A stretch of 64,000 nucleotides of DNA, from NCBI GenBank assembly GCA_963829055.1, contig CAWHHI010000016.1, positions 1,088,001 through 1,152,000 on the forward strand, read 5' to 3'. The notes below the pieces were generated by a model that searched no databases, had not been told where the DNA came from, and saw only the letters and a list, made by a program, of their open reading frames with translations. Shown one piece after another: positions 33,938 to 44,094 of the stretch; position 1 is the first letter of the stretch; every line of letters begins with the position of its first letter. The translations under genes were made by a program, and so were the position numbers. Source of the DNA: an uncultured Gemmatimonadaceae bacterium (GTDB taxonomy: Bacteria > Gemmatimonadota > Gemmatimonadetes > Gemmatimonadales > Gemmatimonadaceae).

Positions 33938-35041
33938 ATGGGAGAGCGCGTGCTGGTCGCCATGTCTGGCGGCGTCGATTCATCGGTCGCCGCGGCGATG
34001 CTCGTCGAGCAGGGCTACGACGTCATCGGCGCGACGATGAAGCTGTTCTGCTACGGCGACGACGTTCCCGACCGGCCGTGCTGCTCGCTCGACTCCATCA
34101 ACGACGCGCGGCGCGTCTGCGAGAAGCTCGGCGTGCCGCACTACGTGCTCAACCTCGAGAGCGCGTTCAGTCGCGACGTGATCAATGACTTCGTCGCCGA
34201 GTACGCGGCCGGCCGCACGCCGATTCCGTGCGTCCGCTGCAACACGTTCACGAAGTTTCGGGATCTGTTGCGCAAGGCCGACGCGCTGGACGCACCGTGG
34301 ATCGCCACCGGCCACTACGCGCGCACGCGGAACGGAGAGTTGCTGCGCGGCCGGGACGCGGGCAAGGACCAGAGCTACTTCCTGTGGGGCATCGACCGCT
34401 CCGTCGTTAGGCGCATGCTGCTGCCCGTCGGCGAGATGACGAAGCCCGAGACGCGCGATCGGGCTCGAGCTCTGGGTCTCACGGTGGTGGCGGACAAAGT
34501 CGAGAGCCAGGACATTTGCTTCGTGCCCGACGGCGATCACGCGAAGATCATCGCCCGCCGGCTGGGCGCCGACACGCCGTCGCTCGCCAGAGGCCCCGTA
34601 GTCCTCGTAGACGGCACTGTAGTGGGCGAACACGAAGGGTACGCCCGCTACACCATAGGCCAGCGGCGGGGCGTTCCTGGGGGATTCTCGGAGCCGATGT
34701 ACGTGGTCGGGATCCGGCCGGCTGACCGGGCGGTGGTCATCGGCCCGCGGGATGCATTGCTGGGGCGCGGCGTCGTGGCCTCCGAGATGAACTGGCTCGT
34801 CGACGCGCTGCCGGTCGGGTCACCGGTCCAGGTCCAGGTGCGCCACCGCGGAACACCCACGCCTGCGGAGATCGTTCGCATCCAGGGTGGAGAGATCGAG
34901 CTCGCGCTGGAGGAGCCAGTGGCGGCGATCACGCCGGGCCAGTCGCTCGTGCTGTACGATGGCGAGCGTGTCCTGGGTGGCGGTTTCATCGAGCGCGGCG
35001 GTGCCGCAGCGCGGATGACACTCCCGGTGCTGGCTGCCTAA
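33938..35041 (+). CDS. mnmA: tRNA 2-thiouridine(34) synthase
   Basis: AMSGGVDSS, GRTPIPCVRCN, ATGHY, KDQSYFL, SQDICF, YTIGQRRG and TPGQ. Confidence 0.97.
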   Translation: MGERVLVAMSGGVDSSVAAAMLVEQGYDVIGATMKLFCYGDDVPDRPCCSLDSINDARRVCEKLGVPHYVLNLESAFSRDVINDFVAEYAAGRTPIPCVRCNTFTKFRDLLRKADALDAPWIATGHYARTRNGELLRGRDAGKDQSYFLWGIDRSVVRRMLLPVGEMTKPETRDRARALGLTVVADKVESQDICFVPDGDHAKIIARRLGADTPSLARGPVVLVDGTVVGEHEGYARYTIGQRRGVPGGFSEPMYVVGIRPADRAVVIGPRDALLGRGVVASEMNWLVDALPVGSPVQVQVRHRGTPTPAEIVRIQGGEIELALEEPVAAITPGQSLVLYDGERVLGGGFIERGGAAARMTLPVLAA

Positions 35042-35070
35042 CGATCCAGATGTGGCGATCCAGTTCACCG

Positions 35071-35423
35071 CGCCAGGGCCGGTGGGGACTACGATTTGGC
35101 GGATCGGTACTGCGAAACTACCGGATACGGCTTTGCATTCCCGGCCGCTTCGCGCCGCGGTCGATGGGAACTGCGATTGGGCGGATGAAACGGAAGAAGC
35201 AGGATACCGCTCGGTAGATCCCGCTCCTCACGCAACGAGCCGGGATTGGTGGGAACGGCCGCTCGGGAGACTCCTGCGTCCCGAGCGGCCGATCCCATTC
35301 ATTCATGGTCTGCCACGAGCCAGCGTCGAATGCAAAGTTGTATCCGGCCGTTTTCCGTGTCATCCGCCAAATCGCAGTTCCCACCGACCGCGGCGGGACG
35401 ATGCGTGAATGCAAAGCCGTGTC
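35071..35423. repeat. Cluster of roughly 60-70 nt REP/BIME-like repeats in both orientations around a central hairpin
   Basis: Copies at 35071-35140 (+), 35153-35208 (+), 35328-35395 (-) and a partial copy at 35407-35423 (-). Core GGTGGGAACTGCGATTTGGCGGATG...GGATAC..CTTTGCATTC. Hairpin at 35250-35297. Confidence 0.8.
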
Positions 35424-36585
35424 AGTACTTCAGGCCACCCGCCTCGGCGAACTCGCGCATCATCCGCTCCTGCTCCTCCGAGAGCTTCTCGGGCACCGAG
35501 ATCTGTACCTCTATGATCAGGTCACCGCGCTGCCCGTCCTTGTCGATCCCCTGACCTCGGACCCGGAAACGTCGGCCCGACGCCGTCCCAGCCGGGATGC
35601 GGATCGCGACGCGCTTGCCATCGAGCGTCTTCACGCTGATCCGCGAGCCTAACGTCGCCTGCGCGATGTTGATCGGCACCGTCGCGATGAGGTCGAGTCC
35701 TTCGCGCTTGAAGAAGCGATCCGGCAGCACCTGCAACGTGATGATGAGATCGCCCGGTGGCGCACCAGCCGATCCACGACCGCCCTGCCCTTTGAGACGA
35801 ATCTTCGTCCCGGTATCCGAACCAGCAGGCACAGTGATCATCACCTTCTTGCGATTCCGCACTTCACCGGCGCCGTTGCACTTCGGGCATCGCTCCGACG
35901 GAATCTGCCCACGGCCAAGACACATCGGGCACGGACGGTTCACCGCGAATCCGCCCTGACCGAACGAGATCACGCCACGCCCGTTGCACTCCGGACACGT
36001 CTTCAGCGTCGCGCCCGGCGCCGCGCCGGATCCATTGCAGACATCGCACTCCTCGTTGACCTCGAGCTCGACCGACACCTTGTCGCCAACGGCCGCCACG
36101 CGGAACGGGACCTCGAGCGTCGTTTCGACCGTCTGACCGCGCTGTTCAGCGCGCGGCCGCGCGCCAGCGGCACCCGGCCGCTCCGCTCCGCCGCCACCGA
36201 ACATGGACGCGAAGAGATCGCCCAGCCCGCCGATGCCGCCAATGTCGAAGTCCTGAAAGCGGAAATCCTGCTGTTGCCCCGCGCCAGGCGACCCGCCACT
36301 CGGGCGCGGGCCGCCTGAAGGGCGCGCGCCACCACCACGCGCGCCACCAAAGCCGGAGAACGCGCCGAGACGTCGCATGTCATCGTACTGTTTCCGCTTC
36401 TCGGCATCTCCGAGAACGGTGTAGGCCTCCGAGATCTCCTTGAAGCGCTCGGCGGCTTTCGCGTCGTTCAGGTTCTTGTCGGGATGGTGCTTGGCGGCGA
36501 GCCGGCGGTATTGCTTCTTGATCTCGTCCTGGGATGCGGACGACGAGACCCCGAGGACCGCGTAGAAGTCCTTCGTTTGCGCCAT
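35422..36585 (-). CDS. dnaJ: Molecular chaperone DnaJ
   Basis: J-domain HPD motif, G/F-rich region, four CxxCxGxG repeats and the C-terminal domain. Confidence 0.97.
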   Translation of the reverse strand: MAQTKDFYAVLGVSSSASQDEIKKQYRRLAAKHHPDKNLNDAKAAERFKEISEAYTVLGDAEKRKQYDDMRRLGAFSGFGGARGGGARPSGGPRPSGGSPGAGQQQDFRFQDFDIGGIGGLGDLFASMFGGGGAERPGAAGARPRAEQRGQTVETTLEVPFRVAAVGDKVSVELEVNEECDVCNGSGAAPGATLKTCPECNGRGVISFGQGGFAVNRPCPMCLGRGQIPSERCPKCNGAGEVRNRKKVMITVPAGSDTGTKIRLKGQGGRGSAGAPPGDLIITLQVLPDRFFKREGLDLIATVPINIAQATLGSRISVKTLDGKRVAIRIPAGTASGRRFRVRGQGIDKDGQRGDLIIEVQISVPEKLSEEQERMMREFAEAGGLKY

Positions 36586-36604
36586 GGATCAGGTCACGGG
36601 TCTG

Positions 36605-37246
36605 TCAGCCGTTCCACTGCTTTACGACCACGCGGGCCGGACGCAGCAACTGGCCGTTGAAGACGTAGCCACGCTGGTAGACCTTCCCCACCATGTGGTC
36701 GTCCTCCGGCGATAGTGCGGGCTCGGTACCGACAGCCTCGTGCACCTTTGGGTCGAACGGGTGATCGATCGGGTCAATGACTTCCAGGCCGTGCCCGGCC
36801 AGCGACTTCATCATTTTCTTCTCGACCATGTCGGCCCCCTGCACGACGGTCGATGAATCCACCGTCGCGGGGTCGACGTGGGCGAAACGGGTGAGGTCGT
36901 CGAGCGCCTCGATCAGTCCGCGAACCATCTCGCCCTGCGCCCGCCAACCAGCCTCCTGACGCTCGCGAGCCGCGCGCTTCCGGAAGTTGTCGTACTCGGC
37001 TGCGAGTCGCAGATGCTTTTCCCGCTGCTCGTCGACGCGGCGACGCCAGTCGTCGCGCGTGGAGAGCTGGGCAACGTCGCTTTCGGTGTCGGGGGCCGCG
37101 CTGCCATCGCCCTGTTCACTCTCTGGAGACTGCTCGGTCGGAGGCATCTGATCGCCGTCGCCACTTTCCCACGCGTCACTGCCTGCCGCGCGCTCGAAAG
37201 CGTCCTCCGAATTCGAAGGGTCGGAATTCCGTTTCTTATCGTTCAT
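36605..37246 (-). CDS. grpE: Nucleotide exchange factor GrpE
   Basis: LRLAAEYDNFRKR, FDPKVHEA and QRGYVFNGQLLRPARVVV. Confidence 0.96.
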   Translation of the reverse strand: MNDKKRNSDPSNSEDAFERAAGSDAWESGDGDQMPPTEQSPESEQGDGSAAPDTESDVAQLSTRDDWRRRVDEQREKHLRLAAEYDNFRKRAARERQEAGWRAQGEMVRGLIEALDDLTRFAHVDPATVDSSTVVQGADMVEKKMMKSLAGHGLEVIDPIDHPFDPKVHEAVGTEPALSPEDDHMVGKVYQRGYVFNGQLLRPARVVVKQWNG

Positions 37247-37339
37247 TGCAACGCCGCTAGGGTCCGGTGAAATGTCTTCCGCTCATGCACGGGGTGCAAC
37301 ACGCCCACATGAGATGTGCCGAGATGTGTGGTGACAACG

Positions 37340-37355
37340 GGCAACGCCTGTGCCC
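37340..37355 (-). promoter_or_regulatory. Candidate sigma54 -24/-12 promoter upstream of grpE-dnaJ
   Basis: The minus strand reads GGGCACAGGCGTTGCC (GG-N10-GC), about 95 nt before the grpE ATG. Confidence 0.4.
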
Positions 37356-37384
37356 TGAACGTCTGCCGATGCGGCAGACCCGGT

Positions 37385-38635
37385 TCAGCCAGCCACCATT
37401 CGTCGTACGAGATCCAACGCCGCCTGTGTCGCGCGGAAGCGAATCTCCGCACGATCGCCGATGAACCGCGACCCGTGAGTGCGCACGTCGCCCCGGACGT
37501 CTACCGCCATCCAGACCAGCCCCACGGGCTTGTCCGGTGTGCCGCCGCCAGGGCCGGCGACGCCGGTGATCGAAACGCCGATATCGACGCCGAGTCGGCG
37601 GCGTACACCAGTCGCCATCTCGCTCGCCACTTCTTCGCTCACAGCGCCATGGCGCTCGAGCGACTCCGTGGTCACCCCCAGAAGACCCTTCTTGACGCCG
37701 TTCGAGTACGCGATGACTCCGCCGATCACGACGGAGCTCGACCCCGATATGGCCGTGAGCCGAGCGCCGAGCAAGCCGCCGGTACAGCTCTCTGCGACAG
37801 CAATGGTGAGACCGCGCGCGTCACACTCGTTCAGCACCACTGACGCGAGGTCGGTTTGATTCTCGGCGTATGCATAACGCGCCGCGATTTCGCGGAGCGC
37901 CGCGATCCCCTCCGTGAGAGCGGCGTCCGCGGCGTCGGGCGCGAGATCCCGTGCGGTGAGCCGCAGGTCGACACCTTCCTGGCCCGGCAGGTACGCGAGT
38001 GACAAGCCGTCGATCCCATCGGCCAGCGGACCAAGCAGCTCGGCGAGCTTCGACTCGGCCACGCCGGTGGTTCGCAGTGTTCGCGATCGCACGACGACGC
38101 GCTGCTGGCCATCGAGTCGAGCGGTGAGACGTGGGAAAAGCTCGTCAGCGAGCATGCCACGCATCTCGCGCGGCACGCCTGGCAACATCGCGCACCAGCG
38201 TCCACGCTCGTCTTCCAGCCAGATCCCGGGTGCCGTGCCGTGCCGATTCGTGAGGACCGTGGCGCCACGCGGGATCATGATCTGCGTGCGATTTGTTTCC
38301 GGTATCTCACCACGCCCGCGTTCCTTCCACAACGCGCGCAACGCCTCCCACCTATCCTCGTCAGGCACCAGATCGCGACCGAACAGCTCCGCAATGGCAG
38401 GACGCGTGCGATCGTCGCTCGTCGGCCCGAGCCCTCCGGTGGTGATGACAGCGCCGGTTCGATCGAGCGCCTCGCGAACAGCGGACGCGATGTCGTTTGC
38501 ATCGTCGCCCACGGTTGCTCGCCGGACGATAGACACCCCGATGGACGCGAGCTCACGCGCGAGGTGCGCAGCGTTGGTGTCGACGGTGTACCCGAGCAGC
38601 AGCTCGTCACCGATCGTGATGATTTCGAGAAGCAT
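37385..38635 (-). CDS. cinA: Competence/damage-inducible protein A (MoCF domain plus PncC domain)
   Basis: IGDELLLG, DTNA, TGGLGPTSDD, LPGVPREM, AVAESCTGG, GAVSEEVA and SITGVAGPGG. Confidence 0.95.
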   Translation of the reverse strand: MLLEIITIGDELLLGYTVDTNAAHLARELASIGVSIVRRATVGDDANDIASAVREALDRTGAVITTGGLGPTSDDRTRPAIAELFGRDLVPDEDRWEALRALWKERGRGEIPETNRTQIMIPRGATVLTNRHGTAPGIWLEDERGRWCAMLPGVPREMRGMLADELFPRLTARLDGQQRVVVRSRTLRTTGVAESKLAELLGPLADGIDGLSLAYLPGQEGVDLRLTARDLAPDAADAALTEGIAALREIAARYAYAENQTDLASVVLNECDARGLTIAVAESCTGGLLGARLTAISGSSSVVIGGVIAYSNGVKKGLLGVTTESLERHGAVSEEVASEMATGVRRRLGVDIGVSITGVAGPGGGTPDKPVGLVWMAVDVRGDVRTHGSRFIGDRAEIRFRATQAALDLVRRMVAG

Positions 38636-38675
38636 GGAAGAAAGCTATCAGCTGACGGCTGACAGCTCTCTATTT

Positions 38676-39404
38676 TTACCTTCCCGCTTCTCGCGGCGAA
38701 CCGCCGAGCACGTACCCGAACCGGCGCGCATACAGGCCAAGCGAGTACAGCGTGAGCCCCACGGCACCAATCATGGACACGGTCGATGCAATGCCGTTGA
38801 ACATCGCAAAGTAGCGCCACGCGTCGGACGTCCAGTGCATCTCTGTCGCTGCCGCCGCGGCGAAGAACCAGAAGAACGCCGATCCCGCCCACGCCGATTG
38901 AAAGCCCGTCTTCCATTTCGCCGGGCCGATGGCCGAGATGATGATGCCTCGGCGTGCGGCGTATTGGCGGAAGATCGTCATCAGCGCTTCGCGCCCGAGC
39001 ACGACGAGCACGACCCACAACGGGAAGCTCACGAGGCCAAACGGTGTCACCAGGGGCCACGCTTCGTGCGGACCCGACATCACGGGGCCGATCGTTCCCC
39101 GGACCGCCCAGTCGTCCGGCGCCGGCAGCGGCGACACCAGCGGGAGCCCGCGGGTGAGCCACCACATCGGCCCGAGCGTACAGAGCAGCAGGAGCTTGTC
39201 GGCAATCGGATCGAGGAGCCGCCCGAGGTCCGTCTCGAGGTTGCGCGACCGCGCGAGCTTGCCGTCGTAGTAGTCGGTCACCGCGGCCGCGACGTACAGC
39301 GCCCACGCGGCGAGGCGCAGTGGCCACGACGGCATGATCACCATCCACGCCACGACCGGCGCGACGGCAATGCGGACGGCGGTGATCGCGTTAGGCAGGT
39401 TCAC
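38676..39404 (-). CDS. pgsA: CDP-diacylglycerol-glycerol-3-phosphate phosphatidyltransferase
   Basis: NLPNAITAVRI, TDYYDGKLAR, GRLLDPIADK, GRE and AKWKT. Confidence 0.9.
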   Translation of the reverse strand: MNLPNAITAVRIAVAPVVAWMVIMPSWPLRLAAWALYVAAAVTDYYDGKLARSRNLETDLGRLLDPIADKLLLLCTLGPMWWLTRGLPLVSPLPAPDDWAVRGTIGPVMSGPHEAWPLVTPFGLVSFPLWVVLVVLGREALMTIFRQYAARRGIIISAIGPAKWKTGFQSAWAGSAFFWFFAAAAATEMHWTSDAWRYFAMFNGIASTVSMIGAVGLTLYSLGLYARRFGYVLGGSPREAGR

Positions 39405-39456
39405 GTGGACGGCGTTGCGGTGGACGGCAGTGGAAATCGTGACGGCGTACCAGGCG

Positions 39457-40134
39457 CTAGGCGAGCGACTTGAGCACCAGCTTGCTGACCGCTTTCAGCG
39501 TGTCGAACACTCCGTCGCCGCTGACCGCGACCCCTTCGAAATACGTCGCGCGTTCCACCCATTCGCCAGTGGGAATCTGCTCGATCAGATTCTCGCCGGC
39601 GTGGTACGGGTCCGGCGCCACGCGCTGCCGAGCGGCGTCACTCACTTCCCACCCTGGGTTGAGCTGTGCCTGCAAGTCGCGGATGGGCGCGGCATTCGGC
39701 AGATCGCGTTTGTTGTACTGGATGACGAACGGCATCTTCGGCAGATCGTACCCGTACTCGGCCATGTTGTCGTACAGGTTCTGCATCGACTCCTGATTCG
39801 CCTCCATACGCTCCATCTGGGAGTCGGCGACGAACACGATGCCGTCCACGCCTTTCAGAATGAGCTTCCGGCTCGCGTTGTAGTACACCTGCCCGGGCAC
39901 AGTGTACAGATGGAAACGCGTCTTGAAACCGCGGATCGTTCCGAGGTCAACGGGCAGGAAGTCGAAGAACAGGGTCCGCTCCGTTTCCGTCGCGAGCGAG
40001 ATGAGCTTCCCGCGCGTGCTCGGTGAGACCTTGCCGTAGACGTGTTCGAGGTTCGTCGTCTTGCCGCCGAGTCCCGGACCGTAATACACGATCTTACAGT
40101 TGATCTCGCGCGAGGCGTAGTTGATCATCGACAT
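39457..40134 (-). CDS. mglA: MglA small Ras-like GTPase
   Basis: [42 protein letters not shown] and GVFDTLK. Confidence 0.95.
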   Translation of the reverse strand: MSMINYASREINCKIVYYGPGLGGKTTNLEHVYGKVSPSTRGKLISLATETERTLFFDFLPVDLGTIRGFKTRFHLYTVPGQVYYNASRKLILKGVDGIVFVADSQMERMEANQESMQNLYDNMAEYGYDLPKMPFVIQYNKRDLPNAAPIRDLQAQLNPGWEVSDAARQRVAPDPYHAGENLIEQIPTGEWVERATYFEGVAVSGDGVFDTLKAVSKLVLKSLA

Positions 40135-40149
40135 CGGGTCGGCCTCGCG

Positions 40150-40635
40150 TTACTGGAACAATCGGTCGATCTCGTCGTCGGCATCGGCGAGAACGTTAGG
40201 CTGGCCGGCGCCGGATTGGCTTCGGCGGAACACTTCCTCGAACAACCGGGACAGCTCGTCGACAGTCTGTCGCATCTTCAGGCGCACGAGTCCGAGTGTC
40301 GTCCGGTTATCGAACAACACGACGAGAATGACGCGCCGCGCGACGTCCGCGAGGAGCATCGACTCTCGCTCTCCCTGATGGAAGAGAGTGTTGAAGTCGG
40401 TCTCCCCAATCAGTTTCGCCAGCTGATCGTTCGCGCTGAAGTCCGCCGCGGTGAGCGTCGCGAACGCCGTCGCGTCGAAGGTCGGCTTCTCACCGACCGT
40501 CGTCACGAGCTGGCCGCTGCGATCTACGAGGAGAGCGCATCGAGCGTTGCTGTCGTACAGAAATCGTTGCAGTAACTGGTTGATCGCCCCGAAATCATCC
40601 TCGGTGAACGACCAGCTCGTAGCACCTACGGGCAT
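40150..40635 (-). CDS. mglB: MglB roadblock/LC7 GAP
   Basis: ALLVDRSGQL, LAKLIGETDFNTLFHQGE, FDNRTTLGLVRL and the C-terminal DDEIDRLF. Confidence 0.93.
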   Translation of the reverse strand: MPVGATSWSFTEDDFGAINQLLQRFLYDSNARCALLVDRSGQLVTTVGEKPTFDATAFATLTAADFSANDQLAKLIGETDFNTLFHQGERESMLLADVARRVILVVLFDNRTTLGLVRLKMRQTVDELSRLFEEVFRRSQSGAGQPNVLADADDEIDRLFQ

Positions 40636-40659
40636 GGCTCTCGTGGTTGGGCCGAAGCG

Positions 40660-40944
40660 TCAGGCCAGTTGGCGCTCGACCCGATCGAGGAGTCGGCGGG
40701 CGCGGCGCTTGAAATCATCGCGCTGCTCCCAGCGAATGTAGTCCCTGAGCAGGCTCGCCGTTTCCGGCGTGCGTTGCCCGCGGAGGTAGCTCAGCGCCGC
40801 GAACCGGCGCATCGGACGGGCGTTGAACAGGTCGCGCTTCCGCGCGTGCTGCTCGCGACTCCAGAGCAGAATGCCGGCCGCAAAGCCACCCACGAACCCC
40901 AGCGCGACAAGGCGCGATCCGCGTGCGCTCGACGTGAACGCCAT
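40660..40944 (-). CDS. Small hypothetical membrane protein
   Basis: One TM segment, tightly packed between recR and mglB. Confidence 0.65.
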   Translation of the reverse strand: MAFTSSARGSRLVALGFVGGFAAGILLWSREQHARKRDLFNARPMRRFAALSYLRGQRTPETASLLRDYIRWEQRDDFKRRARRLLDRVERQLA

Positions 40945-40947
40945 GGC

Positions 40948-41538
40948 TCAGACCATCTCCCGGCGTGCGGAAAGCGCCTGCGCAATGGTCACGCCGTCTG
41001 CGTATTCGAGGTCGCCGCCAACAGGAAGCCCACGCGCGATCCGCGTGACGGCAAGACGATAGGGTGCAAGCTGTCGCTGAACGTACAACGCTGTTGCCTC
41101 CCCCTCGAGACTTGGATTTGTGGCGATGATCACCTCGCGAACCCCACCCTGCGACACACGATCCACGAGGCGGTCGATGGTCAGATCCTCGGGGCCGACG
41201 CCATCGAGCGGCGAGAGCCGGCCACCGAGCACATGATACAGGCCTCTGAACTCACCGGCGCGTTCGATTGCGCCGATATCCGACGCTTCTTCGACGGCGC
41301 AAATGAGCGCGGCGTCACGCCTCTGATCACGGCAAATCGCGCACAACTCTTCCTCGGTCAGATTGAAGCACCGAGTGCATGGCCGGACTCGCTCAGCGAG
41401 CGTGACGAGCGCCGTTGCCAGCCGCTGGCTGAGCTCGGCCGGCTGCCGCAGGAGGTGGTACGTGAGCCGCAACGCCGTCTTCCGGCCAATACCGGGGAGG
41501 CGTGAGAGCTCGGTCGCAAGATCCTCGATAGCGGACAC
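40948..41538 (-). CDS. recR: Recombination mediator RecR
   Basis: LPGIGRKTA, a C4 zinc finger, YHVLGG, EGEATA, IARGLPVGG and EYAD. Confidence 0.97.
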   Translation of the reverse strand: MSAIEDLATELSRLPGIGRKTALRLTYHLLRQPAELSQRLATALVTLAERVRPCTRCFNLTEEELCAICRDQRRDAALICAVEEASDIGAIERAGEFRGLYHVLGGRLSPLDGVGPEDLTIDRLVDRVSQGGVREVIIATNPSLEGEATALYVQRQLAPYRLAVTRIARGLPVGGDLEYADGVTIAQALSARREMV

Positions 41539-41563
41539 TAGCGGGAACCGCCTGACGCGGCTC

Positions 41564-41881
41564 TCAGAACGGCAGCTTGAACGGGAGGTTCATCCCGCCT
41601 GCGAGCTTGCCCATCTCCTCCTGCGCCAGATCCGCGGCCTTCTTCTGCGCTTCGACCACCGCCACGAGGACGAGATCCTCGAGCATTTCGACGTCCAATG
41701 CGTTCACGACCGTCGGGTCGATCTTGATCTTGCGGATCTGACCCTTTCCGTCGGCCTCGACGGAGACCATACCGCCGCCCGACGCCGCGTTGACGGTGCG
41801 AGATTCGAGGTCGTCCTGAATCTTCTTGAGTTGACCCTGCATCTGCTGCGCCTGCTGCAGGATCTTCATGATGTCGGCCAT
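41564..41881 (-). CDS. ybaB: YbaB/EbfC nucleoid-associated protein
   Basis: QAQQMQ, ASGGGMVSV and DVEMLEDLVLVA. It lies between dnaX and recR. Confidence 0.93.
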   Translation of the reverse strand: MADIMKILQQAQQMQGQLKKIQDDLESRTVNAASGGGMVSVEADGKGQIRKIKIDPTVVNALDVEMLEDLVLVAVVEAQKKAADLAQEEMGKLAGGMNLPFKLPF

Positions 41882-41999
41882 CGAGACGCTTGGGCTCTGG
41901 TGAAGTGGCGAAAAGCTATTCGGCGCTCGCGTCGCACCGCAAGCGGACACGGACGTGCCTGCCTCTGGGTGTTTCTGTCTCTGGTCGACGCTGGAAGAA

Positions 42000-43838
42000 T
42001 CAGTCCAGAAGCTCGAGATCGAGCGCGTCGATCGCCGCGCGGAGTACGGGATCCTGCTTCCTGAGTGATGCCATCCGCTGCTCGCGGATCTCCTCTTCAG
42101 TAACGCGACGCGATGCACCGGACGCGGCCTTCCCTTCGGGGCGCGCGATCGCGATCCGATCGACCGCCGGGTAGAAGGATTTCACGACGCCGAGTAAATC
42201 CGCCTTCCCCATGTCGAGGCCGTCAGCGGACGCGACGTCGTCGATGCGGATCGTGAGCATCCCGGAGGCCGAGATGGCCGACGGCACTGCCTGCTCCAGA
42301 TATGGTGCAAGCAGAACGCGAGTCTCTCGAACGGCAGCGACAATGTCGTCCCATCGTTCCGTGAGCACGTTGATCGTCGGCAACGTGGGCGTGACCGCTG
42401 ACGGCGCGCGCGACTGCACGCGCGACGCCGTAGCGGTGGCCGTCGCGGCGCCTGCGACCGTCGGTGCGCGCGCCGCGGACACCGTCGTCGACGATGCCGA
42501 CGGTCCCCACGGCGGCTCGCCACGCGGGCCCGAATCGCGATCGCGGACGACTGGCGGGACGACGGGACGATCCGCTGGAGGCCCAGGGGGTTCGGCCATT
42601 GCTCGCCGAGGGACATCGGAGGCGATGCTACTCTGCCCCGCGGACGACCGCACTGACGGGGTGCCGCCCGACGACGCGCCTCGCGATCCCGCTCCCGAAT
42701 TCCCGCCATCACCGAGTCCGCGCAAGACGTCCTCGATGGCGACCGTGCGGTCGAGCAGCGCAAATCGAATCAGGAGCGTTTCGAGAAGTAGTTGCTGCTG
42801 CCCGCTCTTCCGAAACCGCTGTTCGAGCTCGCCGATGGCGGTGAGCATTCGCAGCAGGTCACCGGCAGAGATACGATCACGTCGCGCTTCGAGCGTGGCG
42901 CGCGCACGATCGGACACTTCCACCGTGGAAGACCCGAGCACGACAGCGAGTTGCGCGCGGAGCATGTCGGCGAGTCCGGTGAGGAAGATGCCGAAGTCGA
43001 CTCCGGAATCGCCGAGACGCTGGACCAGCGGGAAGACATCACCGGCGCGTCGCGCGGCGATGACATCGAGCACGGCGAGATACTCGTCTTCGGGCACGAT
43101 CCCGAGCGCGTCGCGAACGCGTTCGGCCGTGAGCGCCCCCTCGCCTAACGACAGCGACTGGTCGGTAAGACTGAGGGCGTCGCGCATCGAGCCATCGGCC
43201 GCGCGCGCGATCATCGCGAGCGCTTCGGGCTCAGCCTCGATGTGCTCGTCCGCGAGCACGGTCTGGAGACGGGCCTTCACGTCAGCGGGCCCGATACGCC
43301 GGAAGTCGAAACGCTGCAGTCGGCTCAGCACCGGTGCGGCCGCCTGCGCGATCTTCTGCGGTTCCGTCGTCGCGAACACGAAGACGACACGCGGTGGTGG
43401 CTCCTCGAGTACCTTGAGCAGCGCGTTCCACGCTTCGCGCGTGAGCATGTGTGCCTCGTCGACGATGTAGACTTTGTACCGATCGTCGCCGGATGGCGCG
43501 TACATCGCGCGTTCACGCAGGTCCCGCGCATCGTCGACGCCGCGGTTGGACGCCGCGTCGATCTCGATCACGTCGAGACTCGCAGACCCGCTCCAGATGC
43601 GCTGGCAGGAATCGCAGACGCCACACGGCTCGCCGTCGGGCGCTCGATTCTCGCAGTTGAGCGCCATCGCGAGGACGCGGGCGAGCGTCGTTTTCCCGAC
43701 GCCCCGCGGGCCACACAGCAGGTAGCCGTGGGCCACGCGTCCGCGAGCGATTGCGCCCTTGAGCGTGTTCGAGACGTGCGACTGGACCGCGACGGACGCG
43801 AAGTTGCGCGGACGGTATTTGCGCGCGAGAGCGAGCAT
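42000..43838 (-). CDS. dnaX: DNA polymerase III subunit gamma/tau
   Basis: ALARKYRP, GPRGVGKTT, EIDAASNRGVD, DEAHML, LLKVLEEPP and GSMRDA. Confidence 0.97.
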   Translation of the reverse strand: MLALARKYRPRNFASVAVQSHVSNTLKGAIARGRVAHGYLLCGPRGVGKTTLARVLAMALNCENRAPDGEPCGVCDSCQRIWSGSASLDVIEIDAASNRGVDDARDLRERAMYAPSGDDRYKVYIVDEAHMLTREAWNALLKVLEEPPPRVVFVFATTEPQKIAQAAAPVLSRLQRFDFRRIGPADVKARLQTVLADEHIEAEPEALAMIARAADGSMRDALSLTDQSLSLGEGALTAERVRDALGIVPEDEYLAVLDVIAARRAGDVFPLVQRLGDSGVDFGIFLTGLADMLRAQLAVVLGSSTVEVSDRARATLEARRDRISAGDLLRMLTAIGELEQRFRKSGQQQLLLETLLIRFALLDRTVAIEDVLRGLGDGGNSGAGSRGASSGGTPSVRSSAGQSSIASDVPRRAMAEPPGPPADRPVVPPVVRDRDSGPRGEPPWGPSASSTTVSAARAPTVAGAATATATASRVQSRAPSAVTPTLPTINVLTERWDDIVAAVRETRVLLAPYLEQAVPSAISASGMLTIRIDDVASADGLDMGKADLLGVVKSFYPAVDRIAIARPEGKAASGASRRVTEEEIREQRMASLRKQDPVLRAAIDALDLELLD

Positions 43839-44094
43839 TACTGTCGGGAACGGGAAATCGGGAACCGAGAACGGAACGGCGGAGGGTCCGACGCGACGGA
43901 GCCTCGCTCGACGCCGCCGTGGCACTCGAGCGAGGCTCCGAATCTTTCGCGCGTCGCTCGCGCGATCAAGCGTGGTGGTGCTGCAGTGCTGCTTCAGGTG
44001 CTGCTTCGCCGGGTGGGCGGGCTGCTGGCCTGCGAACGTTCGAACCGCCTGGGCGGTTCCTCGTTCGCTGTCCCCAGCGGCCACCGCTCACCGC

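Noticed and set aside
35071..35423. Possible CRISPR array
   Set aside because: The repeats are long, degenerate and in both orientations, with no regular unique spacers and no cas genes in the window.
38641..38668. Short GCTGAC(G/A) heptamer repeats upstream of cinA, and GGGAAC-like repeats at about 43845-43878
   Set aside because: Only 2-4 degenerate units, typical low-complexity intergenic filler. The first set overlaps the cinA -10 box.
42000..43838. Programmed -1 frameshift producing the DnaX gamma subunit
   Set aside because: I saw no A-AAA-AAG or poly-A slippage site in the coding strand.
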